A stretch of 64,000 bases of DNA from Octopus sinensis (taxonomy: Eukaryota). The stretch is from positions 17,236,001 through 17,300,000 of the forward strand of contig NC_042998.1 in assembly GCF_006345805.1 (NCBI RefSeq). The letters are read 5' to 3'. The translations under genes were made by a program, and so were the position numbers. The first letter of the stretch is position 1, and every line of letters starts with the position of its first letter. This document shows positions 26,490 through 40,137 of the stretch, piece after piece. Under the pieces are notes generated by a model, which had not been told where the DNA came from, did not search any database, and saw nothing but the letters and a program-made list of their open reading frames with translations.

Positions 26490-27344
26490 AACACATGCAG
26501 TCTGACGTTCGGGATTTTTACATTCCAGTATCAGATTTTTCTCCCGTATAGAACGAAGTTTTGCGTTCAACCTTTGTCCATCCCGGCTTTTGATAAACCA
26601 CTGTTATTCGCAGTTAAATAACCCGCAAAACGCGAAAGGAAGTTTATGGTAAACCCTCTTTACAACAATCTCAGACACATAACGACTAACCAAACAATTG
26701 TATCATATTTTCATAATTATAAAATATATAGTTGATGGCAGTGAACTACATAAAATATTTTTGAAGCCTAACTTTATAACTAAAGTTCTCACATGTTTGA
26801 GTTTCCTGTATACTATTTGAATTCTTATACAATTCCAGATCAAACTTAATCAGCCATACCTATGCCTTAATATATTTGGTTCATGACCACCCAGTTGTAC
26901 TGAGGTATTATGTACCCCAGTTTGTATTGTCAAAGATTTTATGTCATGTTGCACACATATATACGTATGTATTCATACATATATATGTACGTATATGTGT
27001 GTGTGTGTGCGTGGGTGCGTGTGTGCGTGCGTGGGTGCCTGTGTCTGTGTGCGTGAGGGGGTGTATGTGTGTATTTCTTTATGTGTCTGTGTGTATGTAC
27101 AAGATCGACATTTGTGGTTAGAAAAAATATTTCGTTGCCTCTGATGACAACTCGACAAACTTTTCATTGGTGCTTCATTTACTGTCGGAGCAATTAGGAA
27201 AAGTACATATATATAACACACGAAACAAAAATTTATAAAACGTTATACAACAATATTTCGGCACAAAAGAAGAATGTGTCAATTTATCAAGTTTCCCCCT
27301 TATGAACAGGAACTTTGTCTAATCAAGTTAAGCTTTACAATGCG

Positions 27345-27361
27345 ATATTCTCCCCAAATCA

Positions 27362-27392
<31 letters not shown>

Positions 27393-27499
27393 ATTATATA
27401 TATATATATATATTGATTGGGGAGAATATATATACATACACATGCATACCAATATTATGTATATCTATATCAGTATTCATCTATCTCTCAATGTAAATT

Positions 27500-27544
<45 letters not shown>

Positions 27545-27596
27545 TGTCTATCTATCTACCTATCTATGTGCATTTATATGTATATATATGTATATA

Positions 27597-27674
<78 letters not shown>

Positions 27675-27720
27675 GCACATAGATAGGTAGATAGATAGAC
27701 AGACAGACAGATGTATGTAT
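27345..27720. repeat. (TA)n-rich tract with inverted flanks at 27345-27429
   Basis: ATATTCTCCCCAAATCAATA-(TA)n-TATTGATTGGGGAGAATAT, followed by further (TA)n/(GATA)n. Confidence 0.9.
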
Positions 27721-28159
27721 TGTATATGTGACGGTGGCTTTTTGAAATATATATTTATATTACAAATGGACATCATTAATCAAACGGAATTCTACTGTTA
27801 ATGAAAATAACAACCCCTTTCTATTAGATTACACTCCTCACACTTCTTATATTAATTGACGCCATTGATATATTCACAGTTATTAACGTATCACTTATCG
27901 AAATCCAGTATATTCTAGTTACTAAATAGTATACGCTTTTTCATTTTCGCTATTCTTCTATAAAAAAGTATTCAATTATGTTCAACAACGCATAGAACAA
28001 TTTGTTATATTACAGACATATTTATACTGCCACGGGATAACGAGACTTTTCCAACAGCTAACATATTAACATGAATATCTGTCTCATTATGACTAAACGC
28101 AATTATGGAGTCAATCTTTTGTTGCAGTCAGCCTTTGTGTCTATACCTCAATTCATTCA

Positions 28160-28755
<596 letters not shown>

Positions 28756-28904
28756 ATGCATGTAAGTCTCTTTGCCTGTCTGTATATTTACGTATTCAGC
28801 TACCCCCCTGTCTATCTGTATCTACCACCTGCATATCTCAATATCCCTTTTTTTCTCTAGTTTTTCTTAAGTGCATATATGAACATAATTTGAGTATATA
28901 AACA

Positions 28905-29260
28905 TTTGTTGTGTAAGCCCCTAAACAGGCGAAAATGTACAATGTCAACTAGAAACGGAAACAAAACAAATTTGCAGTTTTACCTTGTATTTCTATGTTT
29001 TGGGTCTATAACCCTTTCTTCTGGGTATTTGGAAAAGCGACGGATAGAAAAGTTGTCGCTCAGATGTGTTGGAGAGGAAGGATTTGTATTGCTATAGTAA
29101 TCAGTCTGCTCCATGTTGTTCCTGCTTATTATTAATGTTTGCTCTCAGTCTGCTGATAAACATGGCCTCTACGATTCTGAAATTGCCCCTGTTGCGTTGA
29201 GTGGACTTGATAGATAACTTGAAATCTTGGGTCTGGCATTTTTTTTTATTGAAGTGTCAG
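28905..29260 (-). mobile_element. Penelope-like element 3' end (GIY-YIG C-terminus plus decayed hammerhead)
   Basis: Minus-strand peptide NRGNFRIVEAMFISRLRANINNKQE resembles the PLE endonuclease C-terminus (I.EA.fI....IN). It is followed by CAGAAGAAAGGG..CCCAAAAC, a degenerate CUGANGA/GAAA core. Confidence 0.55.
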
Positions 29261-29507
29261 TGCACATATGCTTTTCTGCTACGTGCAAATTGATTTCATT
29301 AACATGCTATACCGAAGAGGATACAGGTCAGGTACCGTAAAAAAAAGTGTGTGGCACACTAAACTCGCAGAAGGATGGTCAACAACAACACCAACAACAA
29401 CAGAAAGAACAGCGACACTATCAACAGCAACGCCAACGACGACACCCCAGCGGCAGCAGCATCAACAACCACACGCACGCACACACACACACACACACAT
29501 GTATCTG

Positions 29508-29724
29508 TCTTTTACTCTTTTACTTGTTTCAGTCATTTGACTGCGGCTTTGCTGGAGCACCACCTTTAGTCGAGCAAATCGACCCCGAGACTTATTCTTT
29601 GTAAGCCCACTACTTATTCTATCGGTTTCTTTTTGCCGAACTGCTAAGTGACGGGGACGTAAACACACCAGCATCGGTTGTCAAGCAATGCTAGGGCGAC
29701 AAACACAGACACACAAACATACAT

Positions 29725-29761
<37 letters not shown>

Positions 29762-29937
29762 CACACATATATACGACAGGCTTCTTTCAGTTTCCGTCTA
29801 CCAAATCCACTCACAAGGCATTGGTCGGCCCGAGGCTATAGCAGAAGACACTTGTCCAAGATGCCACGCAGTGAGACTGAACACAGAACCGTGTGGTTGG
29901 TAAGCAACCTACTTACCACACAGCCACTCCTGCGCCT
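29508..29937 (-). mobile_element. SINE family A, full length
   Basis: Colinear with 2273-2726. Confidence 0.9.
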
Positions 29938-30484
29938 GTGTGAAAAAATAATATACATCAGCAAGTAAACGGATATTAAACCTTTGAAACGCGAGTGTTG
30001 CCCACATTATATTTACTTCAGTTATTAAAGTGATTTTTAAAAATTCGAAAAATTGAATTCCAAAGACTAGAAAAAGTTATGAAGGATTATATGGCGTGGT
30101 GAGAGTAGAATACCACCATGTCATTGCAGTTCAACCCAAATACTAGAACTGATTTTTAGACTTGAAATTGTCTAAAAAATATTGCTGCCTGTGGAAATGA
30201 GAACACTAGTGTAACAGTTAAGATATATATGTAGTTCTTCACGGGAAACCCGTCCTCAGGATTGTTGTATACATAATATCCGACGTATAAATACAAGCAG
30301 TTCTAAAGTATAAAAGTTTGAAATTAGTAGAAAAAAAAAACATAATGATTTCTTAGGTTACTTACAATAAAAGAAATTTTGAGGAAGGGGTGTATCATTT
30401 CTGTGGATCACAGTTCTTGCCCAATAACTAAGTCATCTGAAAGGAATATAGGAATGGGTTTATAGACCAGGGTATTATTGGATT

Positions 30485-30700
30485 AAGCAATGTCAACGAC
30501 CTCGTGTGTACCGTTGACGATTTTTTTCCTCTGTCTTCCCTTCTCTGGATCTTTCCTTCTCCTATGATTCTGACGAAGAGCTCCGCTCGAAACGTTAAAC
30601 CCTCCTTCTTTCCTTCTTTCCTGAGCGTCCAATAATACTATATTTGTTCCACGTCCTTGCGTTGTGTTTTTTTGTGCTTTCTTTTTGGGATTAACTATAT
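30485..30700 (+). mobile_element. Penelope-like terminal (pseudo-LTR) fragment abutting (TA)n
   Basis: Contains the hammerhead-like core at 30570-30597, then a T-rich 3' segment ending at (TA)n. Confidence 0.5.
30563..30603 (+). ncRNA. Minimal type I hammerhead ribozyme-like motif
   Basis: CTGACGA-A-GAGC-TCC-GCTC-GAAA-CGTTA: intact core, 4 bp stem II, palindromic AACGTT stem III, weak stem I. Confidence 0.55.
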
Positions 30701-32409
30701 ATATATATACATATAGAAATGTCACAAAACATATTTTAACTAACCTAAATTGTGCTTATGCCTAACCACTGCTTGGCGCTAATATCTCGGTAATTTCCAC
30801 AACGCGGCGCGCTACTCGAACAAATCGGTCAACATTATTTTTTGCATTTTACTTGAAGCTATAGCCTTAATAAGTTCTGTTCAGAGCTGACTCTCTTAGA
30901 TATTCCCCATTAATAACAACTAAGGGGCAAGAAACATCGATGTCTGGGAAATCTAATAGATGGCAACACTGAAGAAACATGATGTTTTTGCAACTTTTTA
31001 GCATAAGGGAAAATTATTCCCATTTAGTAACTGCAGTGAATTTGGCTTTTAGCAGTTGAAATATGTCACAAACGTATTTTAACTAACCGAAACTATATAC
31101 ACAAACACACGCACACACACACGCACGCACTCGCACACACATGAGTATAACATTGATTATTATTCAGAAACCGCCAAGTAACGACTTAAGTCGATACTGT
31201 AATATATTTAAATATAGTGTATCTAGATTAGTCCACCACGTGAAAAGAAACAGTGTATAAAGCACTGCATTCTATTGGCAGCATAGGGTATCTCCAGTGT
31301 TGTCAATTCAGGATCCAATATAAATATGGCCAAAGTAATTTTCATTGAAGAATGTGTACATTTTTTAGAAAATGTACATTTTTGTAGCCACACAGACACG
31401 ATGTATTTATCATGCTGTGACAAGTGAGGCTATATAACATCATAAAAGGCATTAAGTATCGTGAATGACGAAGAGAAGAAGTACAGAGAGTAAATCTTCA
31501 CTTCTAATCTATTTTGGTATATATTGTAATTTGCTGCTCATCCACCTTTAATTTTAAGAGAATAACATAATTCCAAGCATAACATAAATTGCTATGTAAC
31601 GTTATGTTATATAATTTCCTCAGTTCGAGAAAATCCTCATCGTTTGATTATCCTTTGATTTGGCGTAACGTTCTGTGATATTTTGTCACGAAAACTTTAT
31701 ATTGCAGGGCTGAATAGGTTATTTCTATAACGTCCTGGCAATTTGGTATGAATAGCGAAAATGGCGACGATTGCGTGGGTTACATGTTGGAATACTTTAA
31801 AAGGAAATCTTATTCAGTGATTGACTGTTATTGACATCAGTTTTCTAAGCTGATTGAAGGCCACTAGATTGGGAAATGTTTAAGGGGTTTATTAGTTTAT
31901 AGTCGTTATTAGCTGATCTACGCCTTTGATGCTCTAAACCTTTGTTGCATTGATGTTACATATTAGCTTATTTTTCATATCAGATGAAATATATTTTCAC
32001 TGTATGTCACTTTGGTCTTTTAGAATGTAAAAATACAATGTCGTCGAAAATCAAAATGCATCTTTTATATATTATCATAAATCTGTTTCCTGTAAACTTT
32101 AAAAGTTATTCTGCAAATGTAATGGAAGTTTTAAAATTTCTTTATGGGCATTCGTTTTGTTCTTGTGTTTTTTGTGTATTGTTACAAGAGACAAAGGTAA
32201 ACTTTCTGAATTTCACCTTGCGAATTGATAAATAAATTCGCATAGATTTGTTTCTTAGTGGAATATGTCAGATTTGATTATATAAGCCACGTATCCGTGC
32301 ATAATACATTGACATACCAAATACTATAGGTAAAATGCCATTTGATATATAGGTAAAATTTTCAAAACAACATGTATGTAGTACTTTGGTCCTTCTGGAG
32401 CAAGGATAT

Positions 32410-32479
<70 letters not shown>

Positions 32480-32500
32480 ATATAAATATATATATATATA

Positions 32501-32533
<33 letters not shown>

Positions 32534-32969
32534 GCGCGCACGTGCATGTGTGTATTTTGTTGGATTGTATCGGGTGTCACCTAATGGAATCAATCGGAAT
32601 TCATGCGGATTCAACGCGCATATTCTTAACAGTAACTTTGTGTAAGCTACAGCCACGTAGATAATGCGCGGGGTGAGATTAAGAAATGTATTAAATGCAT
32701 TGAACATGCATTCATATTTGAATACCAACACGCACAACACACCGACACACATAAATTCATGTAAGGACCATAACACCAAATATATATTAAATGACTTCAA
32801 AAGCAGCGTAATATATACGTGTATGTGTACGATGTATATGCGTGTGTTTGTGCCTCTGCGTGTATAAATAAATATATATTATGCCATTTATATAAACATA
32901 TATTTACAATATGTAGGAGAAAGAGAAAGAAATAGACAGGTAGATTCATAGATAGATAGATAAATAGAC

Positions 32970-33017
<48 letters not shown>

Positions 33018-34084
33018 CCGGAAGCTTAACTGTAAACACCCCATGGATCATTCAAGATCCATGTGAAACGAACCGTCTTATTTGTAATTATTCCAGCGTT
33101 ACTAGATTATTCCTCATTCACGGTGAAACGGTTTATCGCAGAAGAGATTGCTTGTTTTTGCACTGTATACGTATAATGAGTTCAGTAATGTTTAAATGAA
33201 TTTAAAAAGTACACATACATACATTCAGTTGGAAATGAGTATTAATGCATAAATATATATGTATATTCATCCTCAAAACTATATTAGTGCGCGCGCGTAC
33301 ACATATACGTTAACATGCGTGCCCGTGTGTTTAAATAAGGTGTGTTATACGCAGTGTTATATATTAATAAAATTCATTATTAAAACATCATTCTTGTTTT
33401 AGATTGTATTTGAATTATTTAATAGAATTACGTATAATCTTATGGAGGGGGTAATTCTAATATGAACACGGATTTTGGTTCATATATCCTTAGAATATTT
33501 AATAATATTCTACAAATTATTCCCAAAAGCTCATTTTATATCAGGATTGCAGAATATAAATCACTTTTTAAATTAGTTTTAAAAAATATAATAATAATTG
33601 TCTCCGAATGCAGCAAGTTGTTCATTTATTACTAATTCGGAAAAGACTAGAATTTTAATTAGTTTCCAGCATTTCGCATGATTTAATGAAGAAATTTTGT
33701 CCCCGTGAGGTTTTTCATTGTGTGATAGTGAAAGATCGGTCGAAAGTTCTTACACATATGGCACAGGCCAGTTACTGATTTAAAAGTATGAAGAAATTCA
33801 TAAAAATAGGGAAAAGAATCTGGGTCCTGCCTTATGACTATCAGTATCCAGAATCTATCTTCCTAAATTTTCTCGAATCAATATTTAAAACATTTTCTCA
33901 TGCATACTTTTAGAATACAGCCATACAAATCAGCAAACACATTTGCTTGAGTCAGTACTGATGCATATATATTCAAATTTCCATCTCGCAACAAACACAT
34001 GGACATATGTTTGTGTGATACACATATACGTATTTCGATATATACATACATAAAGTGTCAGAGATGCAGGAAAAGCCGTAAAAT

Positions 34085-34870
34085 GTAACAACCGATGCAG
34101 ACTTTGTGGAGTTCACACTGAAGATAGATATCACTCACATCATAAGCAGTTGCCTGAAAATGTCATCGCAGTATTATATGCCAATGAGACATGACGTTGT
34201 AACTAGGACACTCTATAATGAAATCCGTCGTAAGGATAATCCCGAGGACAAAGAAATGAGAACCCACAATATGGCTGAAGCTATAGTCACTCATAATAAA
34301 AAGGAACTCTGGTGGAATATACCAGTAAAGACCTCAACAAAATTTAAGCTAAACAGACCTGATATTATGATTTGGGATAGAGAAGAGAAACTGTGCAGTT
34401 GTTGAAATTAGCTGTCCAGCGGATGTTAACACATATGCCGAATTAATGAGAAATCTGCAGTTACTCTATCCAGATTACAAGTTCATGTCTATACCTATAA
34501 TTATTGGAAGTCTGGGATATGTAAAATACTGACTTAATACCAGTCATGAGAAATTAGGCTTCTCAAAACCAGAAAGGAGAAAGCTAATTCGATGACTACA
34601 GATCCAATCCACCACTGGAACTGTTAAATGTGTAAAACTTTCCAGAATTTTACCATTTAAATATATATGAGCATGTCTAGATATACAACTATATACATGA
34701 GAATATATACATAAAACATACAAAACTGTATATACATACATACATGTTTGCATACATACGTAGATACATACATATTGCATACATACATACAAACAAAAAT
34801 ATCTTTGTTGATGTTGAAATTCCAATGGATCTAGGTTAGAAATCGGTTCTTTCACTATTGGCAGGAAATC
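34085..34870 (+). mobile_element. RLE-type non-LTR retrotransposon 3' fragment (R4/Dong-like, distinct family)
   Basis: CRLCG...ITHIISSC (CCHC knuckle), MRHD, LWWNIPVKT..NRPDIMIWD (PD..D endonuclease), IPIIIGSLG. Contains stops and frameshifts. Confidence 0.8.
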
Positions 34871-35288
34871 TTTTAACACCTGTTCTTTGGGCTGCACGGC
34901 CCTCACAAATGTAAGTGAAATCTTTAAATTCCACTTTAGCCAGTCAGGTAAAGCAGCTAAGGCGTGCCTCGTTTAAGAAGAACGGAATTTGGTTTAACTG
35001 GTAGGTTGTCCGGCTCTTAGTATATGGAATTTTCCGTATTTTATATTATTATTCATTGATAGAGATTCCTTAAGCATTTAACAGAATTTTCCACTCCGTT
35101 GCTTCATGGATCGTGAATTATTTTTTTTTGTCTATTTGTTTTGTTCTTGTGTCAATACTGGGAGTATGTGTTGCGCTGGGGAAGCAGTAGTCGCTGATGT
35201 GTCAAAATTACATTGTCAACCTGGATCTCTTCCGTTAGATTTAGCATGGGTTTTCTTGGATAGTGGATGCTTGGTATCTAGAGTCACT

Positions 35289-35510
35289 GTGGCAGAATCG
35301 TTAGCGTGCCGGGCAAAATGCTTAGCGGTATTTCGTCTGCCGCTACGTTCTGAGTTCAAATTCCGACGAGGTCGACATTGCCTTTCATCCTTTCCGGGTC
35401 GATTAAATAAGTACCAGTTACGCACTGGGGTCGATATAATCGACTTAATCCGTTTGTCTGTCCTTGTTTCGCCTCTCTGTGTTTAGCCCCTTGTGGGTAG
35501 TAAATAAATA
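35289..35510 (+). mobile_element. tRNA-derived SINE family B (tail type 1)
   Basis: TGGCAGAATCG (A-box-like), GAGTTCAAATTCC (B box), GCCTTTCATCCTTTCCGGGTCGATTAAATAAGTACCAG core, tail TGTGTTTAGCCCCTTGTGGGTAGTAAATAAATA. Confidence 0.9.
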
Positions 35511-35936
35511 GATATATAATAATTATATCTTTTCTTTCTACTAGTTTTTTCGTGACTTGCGTAAATGAAATGGAGCAGCATTGTTTAACATTGGTTGTAG
35601 AAGCTCATGTTCAAAGGATAGGGACCAGACTTGATGGGATTCTAATTATTGAGTCGGGGTCACATATTGGAGTTATTTTGTTCATACTTTTATATAGGTT
35701 TATGTTTGTATGGTGTGTTTGGTACTTTGGGGTATTTCTATTGCCTCAGATGTGGGTTGAGGATAATTTTCTTAACGTATCATTGGATTGAGTAAGATTT
35801 CCCTTGTTAGTAGATTTAGCACTAGATGATGTTAATTGTGGCAGCAACGACGACAATGCTGAAGGATAAATAGGTACGTTATCCGGTGAAGGGGGAACGG
35901 TGACCGAGGAATGAAAAGAATGCGCCGTGTTCGCTA

Positions 35937-36148
35937 TTTCTTTACTACCCGCAAGGGGCTAAACACAGAGGGGACAAACGGAGTATGTCGATTACATCGA
36001 CGCCAGTGCGTAACTGGTACTTAATTTATCGACCCCGAAAGGATGAAAGGCAAAGTCGACCTCGGCGGAACTTGAACTCATAACGTAGCGACAGACGAAA
36101 TACTGCTAAGCATTTCGCCCGGCGCGCTAACGATTCTGCCAGCTCGCC
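35937..36148 (-). mobile_element. SINE family B, full length (tail type 1)
   Basis: Reverse complement of the 35289/47140 copies; head GGCGAGCTGGCAGAATCG. Confidence 0.9.
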
Positions 36149-36597
36149 GGTGTTAGCAGTGATGTGATGGACAACCAAAACTCATAAACATCAAAGCTTA
36201 GTAGAGGTAGTTTCTGCTTTTCTTCATCCTGTTGCTACTACTGCTGCTGAACTGTATTATACAAATGAATTACGGTATGGGGTTTTTCAAAATATATTTA
36301 ATATGATTGAAGGCTTTAAAATTTGTTTTAGTTTTTCAATTATTCCTGTTGATAGATTGTTGAAAAGTGAGGCAATATTGGCAGAAATGTCATAGAAACA
36401 TGACAACGTGGTTTTCTTGATTCGGAAAATTTGAAACAGGTTTCGATCGGTTTATCAGTTTTAATCTCTGAACATTAATCTAATCTATAGATGTGGTATC
36501 TTTCATTGCGATATGGATCAGCATTAACATTTGTTAAGGCACATAATTATTTACCGATCTATTGTGGTTATTGTTATTTTGTTCTGATTTCAATTCT

Positions 36598-36745
36598 AAC
36601 TTCTAAGTTCAAATTCCACCGAGGTTAACTTTGCCTTTCTTCATTTTGGGATCGCTAAAATAAGTGTCAATTCAGCACTGAGTTCGATGTAATCGATTCA
36701 GCCCCCACCCTGACATTGCAGGCCTTGGGCAAAATTTGGAAATTA
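36598..36745 (+). mobile_element. SINE family B fragment (tail type 2)
   Basis: AAGTTCAAATTCCACCGAGG..TTTGCCTTTC..TCGATGTAATCGA..GCAGGCCTTGGGCAAAATTTG. Confidence 0.7.
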
Positions 36746-37395
36746 TTCAAACATATTCTATTCTACCGGTGCTTGAAATAAACACTTTCGGTGACATGTT
36801 TACATTCGTGCGTCAAATTAGGCAAATTAAATACGTTTCTAATTGTTTTCTGTATGCACTTTATTGTAAAATCTAAAACAACAAAAACTAATAATGCAAT
36901 GAGTCAATATCGAATACGCAGATGTCCATATAACATTGAATTTATTGTTTGGAAGGGTGTGTTCGGGAACATGCGCAAGTCAATAGCACTGCAGAGCTGG
37001 AAAAACTCCTTCTACATTCATACGTGCTCTCGCGTGTATGTGTAAGCGAGGTATAGATACTTCTTTCCGTTACAAAATGTATAATTTTGTGATGAAATTA
37101 ATACGTCTCTATATAATATTAATCTTTCTTTTCTTCAAGATTCAAAGGATTGTCAATGAGAAAAAAGCAATTTCAAATATTTCACTGAAATGAATTAAAA
37201 TATAGAGAATACTTTAGGTAGGTGCTACACATACACACACAGAAGTTTGCATGTGTGCGCACATATGTTCCTGCATTATATATATATATATATAATAAGA
37301 AAGGGTAAAATTAATTAATTAAGAAGTAATCAATAAATTTCACCAAGTAGAATTCGGTATGAAAACAGGACCGCTAACACGGTAAATTTTAGTAT

Positions 37396-37489
37396 TACTA
37401 ATAAAAAGGGTTCAGCAAAAGAATTGCCTCACCGCATACCGAATTTCGGCATGCGGTGAGGCAATTCTTTTGCTGAACCCTTTTTATTA

Positions 37490-37492
<3 letters not shown>
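37396..37492. repeat. Near-perfect 97 bp palindrome
   Basis: Two 48 bp arms with one mismatch, centred on T37444, running straight into (TA)n. Confidence 0.95.
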
Positions 37493-37530
<38 letters not shown>

Positions 37531-37532
<2 letters not shown>

Positions 37533-37900
37533 AGGCAGAATGAGATAACAAATCCAAGGATGTGGGAAGTTTTTAATATAATTGAAATAGTCTTACAGAT
37601 GTTTCTGTGATATTATGGATATCTCTTCATAAGAGAGGGTGTGAAAAATTATTTGAGTTCGAATAATTGTGGAAAAGGAGGAGATAAGGAATATAGAGGG
37701 AAATAGGATAATGAAAGTAGAAATAAGATATATAATGATATTGTAGTTGCAGTTCCATTACTCGAGGAAAACGGTGAATAGAAATGGTAAAAAAGTTTCC
37801 TGTACATGATGTGTAAGTTCCAAAAGCAGTTCATGTTTAGTTATTTCAAAGTATGGAGCTGTGGAATCAGTGTTGCTCGGTCGAAGCGGTTTTGTGGTGT
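37531..37900 (-). mobile_element. Penelope-like terminal fragment with decayed hammerhead
   Basis: Minus strand 37590-37636 reads CTTATGA-AGA-GATAT-CCATA-ATATC-ACA-GAAAC-ATCT-GTA-AGA. The fragment ends at (TA)n. Confidence 0.5.
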
Positions 37901-38164
37901 GAATGAAAATTTGAGAATGTATTGGTAGCATTTGTGGACAGAGAGGGGGAGAAAATTAGAGGAAGAAAGAGAGAAAAAAGAAAAAAAGGAAGAGGGAAAA
38001 ACAAAGACTGAGAAAACTGAAGCAAGGGTGAAAGAATTGAGAAAGGGAGTGGTAGTTGATGATCAAGATAATGTGATGGGAGCATAGAAGAGGTGTGGGG
38101 AAGAGCTAAGAATTTAAGGAGTAAAAGAGCGTGAGATATGTGAGTAGGGGTGATATGACAGAGC

Positions 38165-38663
38165 TGTGGCGTGCTACAAAGGACAATGCTACTGACTTTT
38201 ACAGCCCCAGGAAAACATCTCTTCCAGATTGCTAATGACACACATACTGTGCCCGATTAGTATTTATGAGGTGAGGTCATCACTCCCATCTCTAGCCTTA
38301 CATAATACACACGGACTTAAGTGTCTGGGTTGTTACCCGTCCTCAGCGTGTGTTAATCAACAGCTAATGATGATAACTCATACCACTCGCAAAATACTAT
38401 ATTCTTTTTCCGGCGACACACTGTCGCATATATAATTTTGCGAGTGGAATGATCTTTCATTACTAGCTGGTTATTAGCACACGCTGAGGACGGGTTACCG
38501 CCAGAAACTGATATCAGTGTGTATCACGTAAGCTAGAGATGGGAATGATGGTCTCCCTTGACATTTACTAATCGGACACAGAATGTGTGTCGTTAGCCAG
38601 CTGGAAGAGATGTCTTCCTGGATCTATAAACATCAGTAACACAGTTCTTTATAGGACGCCACA
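38165..38663. repeat. ~500 bp imperfect fold-back (long inverted repeat)
   Basis: Arms of ~235 bp pair throughout, e.g. ACATCTCTTCCAG/CTGGAAGAGATGT, CCCATCTCTAGC/GCTAGAGATGGG, ACCCGTCCTCAGCGTGTG/CACACGCTGAGGACGGGT and CCACTCGCAAAAT/ATTTTGCGAGTGG. A central hairpin GCGACA-CAC-TGTCGC is present. Confidence 0.92.
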
Positions 38664-38733
38664 CTTGAATGGCAGTTATATGTTAAAATTCCGTATTACT
38701 ATTGCTTATATCTCGCTCAAAAATTTAATATAG

Positions 38734-38796
<63 letters not shown>

Positions 38797-38799
<3 letters not shown>

Positions 38800-39000
38800 A
38801 GAGTTTACGAAAAAAACAAAAGACGAAGACAGGTGGTGTAGAAACAAACAGATGTATGAGTATAAAGCTCAGGAATAGAAAAAAGTATTTTACGTTTCGA
38901 AACTATGCTCTTCTACAGAAAAAACATGGAGAGAAAAAATGTGTGTAGTGGCTAACGATCTATCATGGCGTCTGACTCGGACAGGAGGGTCACACACGAG
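38797..39000 (-). mobile_element. Penelope-like terminal fragment abutting (TA)n
   Basis: Minus strand CTGTAGAAGAGCATAGTTTCGAAACGTAAAA is a decayed hammerhead resembling 30570. The terminus is shared with 57440-57506. Confidence 0.45.
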
Positions 39001-39223
39001 GAGGAAAGTAGGAGGTATAACAAAGTAAAGATGACCCCCTCACGAAGTATGTATGTATGTGCTTGTGAAAGAGGGCTGGTGGTCTGGACGTGTGCGTGTA
39101 TGTATATGTAGGTTTGAAAATGTGGGAATGATTGCGTGTGGGTGCTGTGTTGTGATGTGATGGGCATGGGAAGGATAGGGAAGCTGGAGTAGGAATGTGT
39201 AGGGGTACATATATATATAATAT

Positions 39224-39271
<48 letters not shown>

Positions 39272-39879
39272 TGTGTGTATGACATTTTTAAACAGACCTT
39301 GACGCTTCGTATAGGTTGAGATTTTAGAAATAAAGGGAATATCGAACGCAGGAGAATAGCTGTGAAAACAGCTTAGAGGAAAGAGCCCGATATATGTGTG
39401 TGACACGCAACAGCATAAGCACACATGACGTACACGCACGTATATTTAAATATTTAATTATTTATCCTATGAAACTAAACAACTGGTATTTTTTAAGACG
39501 CATCAATGGTAGGTTTGCGTTGCAAGAGCTGCATAAAACATTAGTAGTCAAACTCGTGAAATGTCGGAAATAATTGAAGGTGATAGATTGAAGACTTGAA
39601 CAGTGTTGGATGATACCGTCAAATATTTCAGCACATGTTGTATTGTTATTTTTGTGATGAATAATAAAGTGTGTTGCTAACTTTTTGCCAGATTTTTATC
39701 ACAGATACACACAAAACATACATGTAGAAATGTATATAGCCATGTCTGCTCATACATATACTTTTAAACATATACAAAATCCTATTTCAGTTGTAATAGC
39801 TGCATTGTTCAAGTCTTCTTAGTCGGCATTTTCCCTTTGTTATAGACTGGGGCCTAATTTATAATGTGGGCTGTATTTA

Positions 39880-40130
39880 AAGTAATCTCTATGCGTGTAC
39901 AATCATCCTCACATTTCCTTAATTGGTGCAGCCAGTTGTCCGACGCCGTACACTTGGCTCAGGCAGACTTCGCCACCTGTTCAGTCATTGATTCTGTCAG
40001 ATCACAGCTTTCTCCTCTCCAGTCTCTGATGTTGATCTGTCTGCCTCACGTTCGGCTTCCTTCAATTGTGCCCTGTATGATTGAATGGTATGCATAGGAC
40101 AGACTGTAAAACGCGGAACACGCTTCTATG
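39880..40130 (-). mobile_element. RTE-clade LINE 3' end fragment
   Basis: Peptide SIIQGTIEGSRT*GRQINIRDWRG resembles the RTE C-terminal QG.IEG.R.RGR...NI.EW.G. Confidence 0.6.
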
Positions 40131-40137
40131 TGTGGAT

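Noticed and set aside
30717-31092. ~30 bp imperfect direct repeat (ATGTCACAAA..TATTTTAACTAACC) and a hAT-like CAGTGTTGCCA end at ~30961-30971
   Set aside because: No matching partner TIR or TSD identified.
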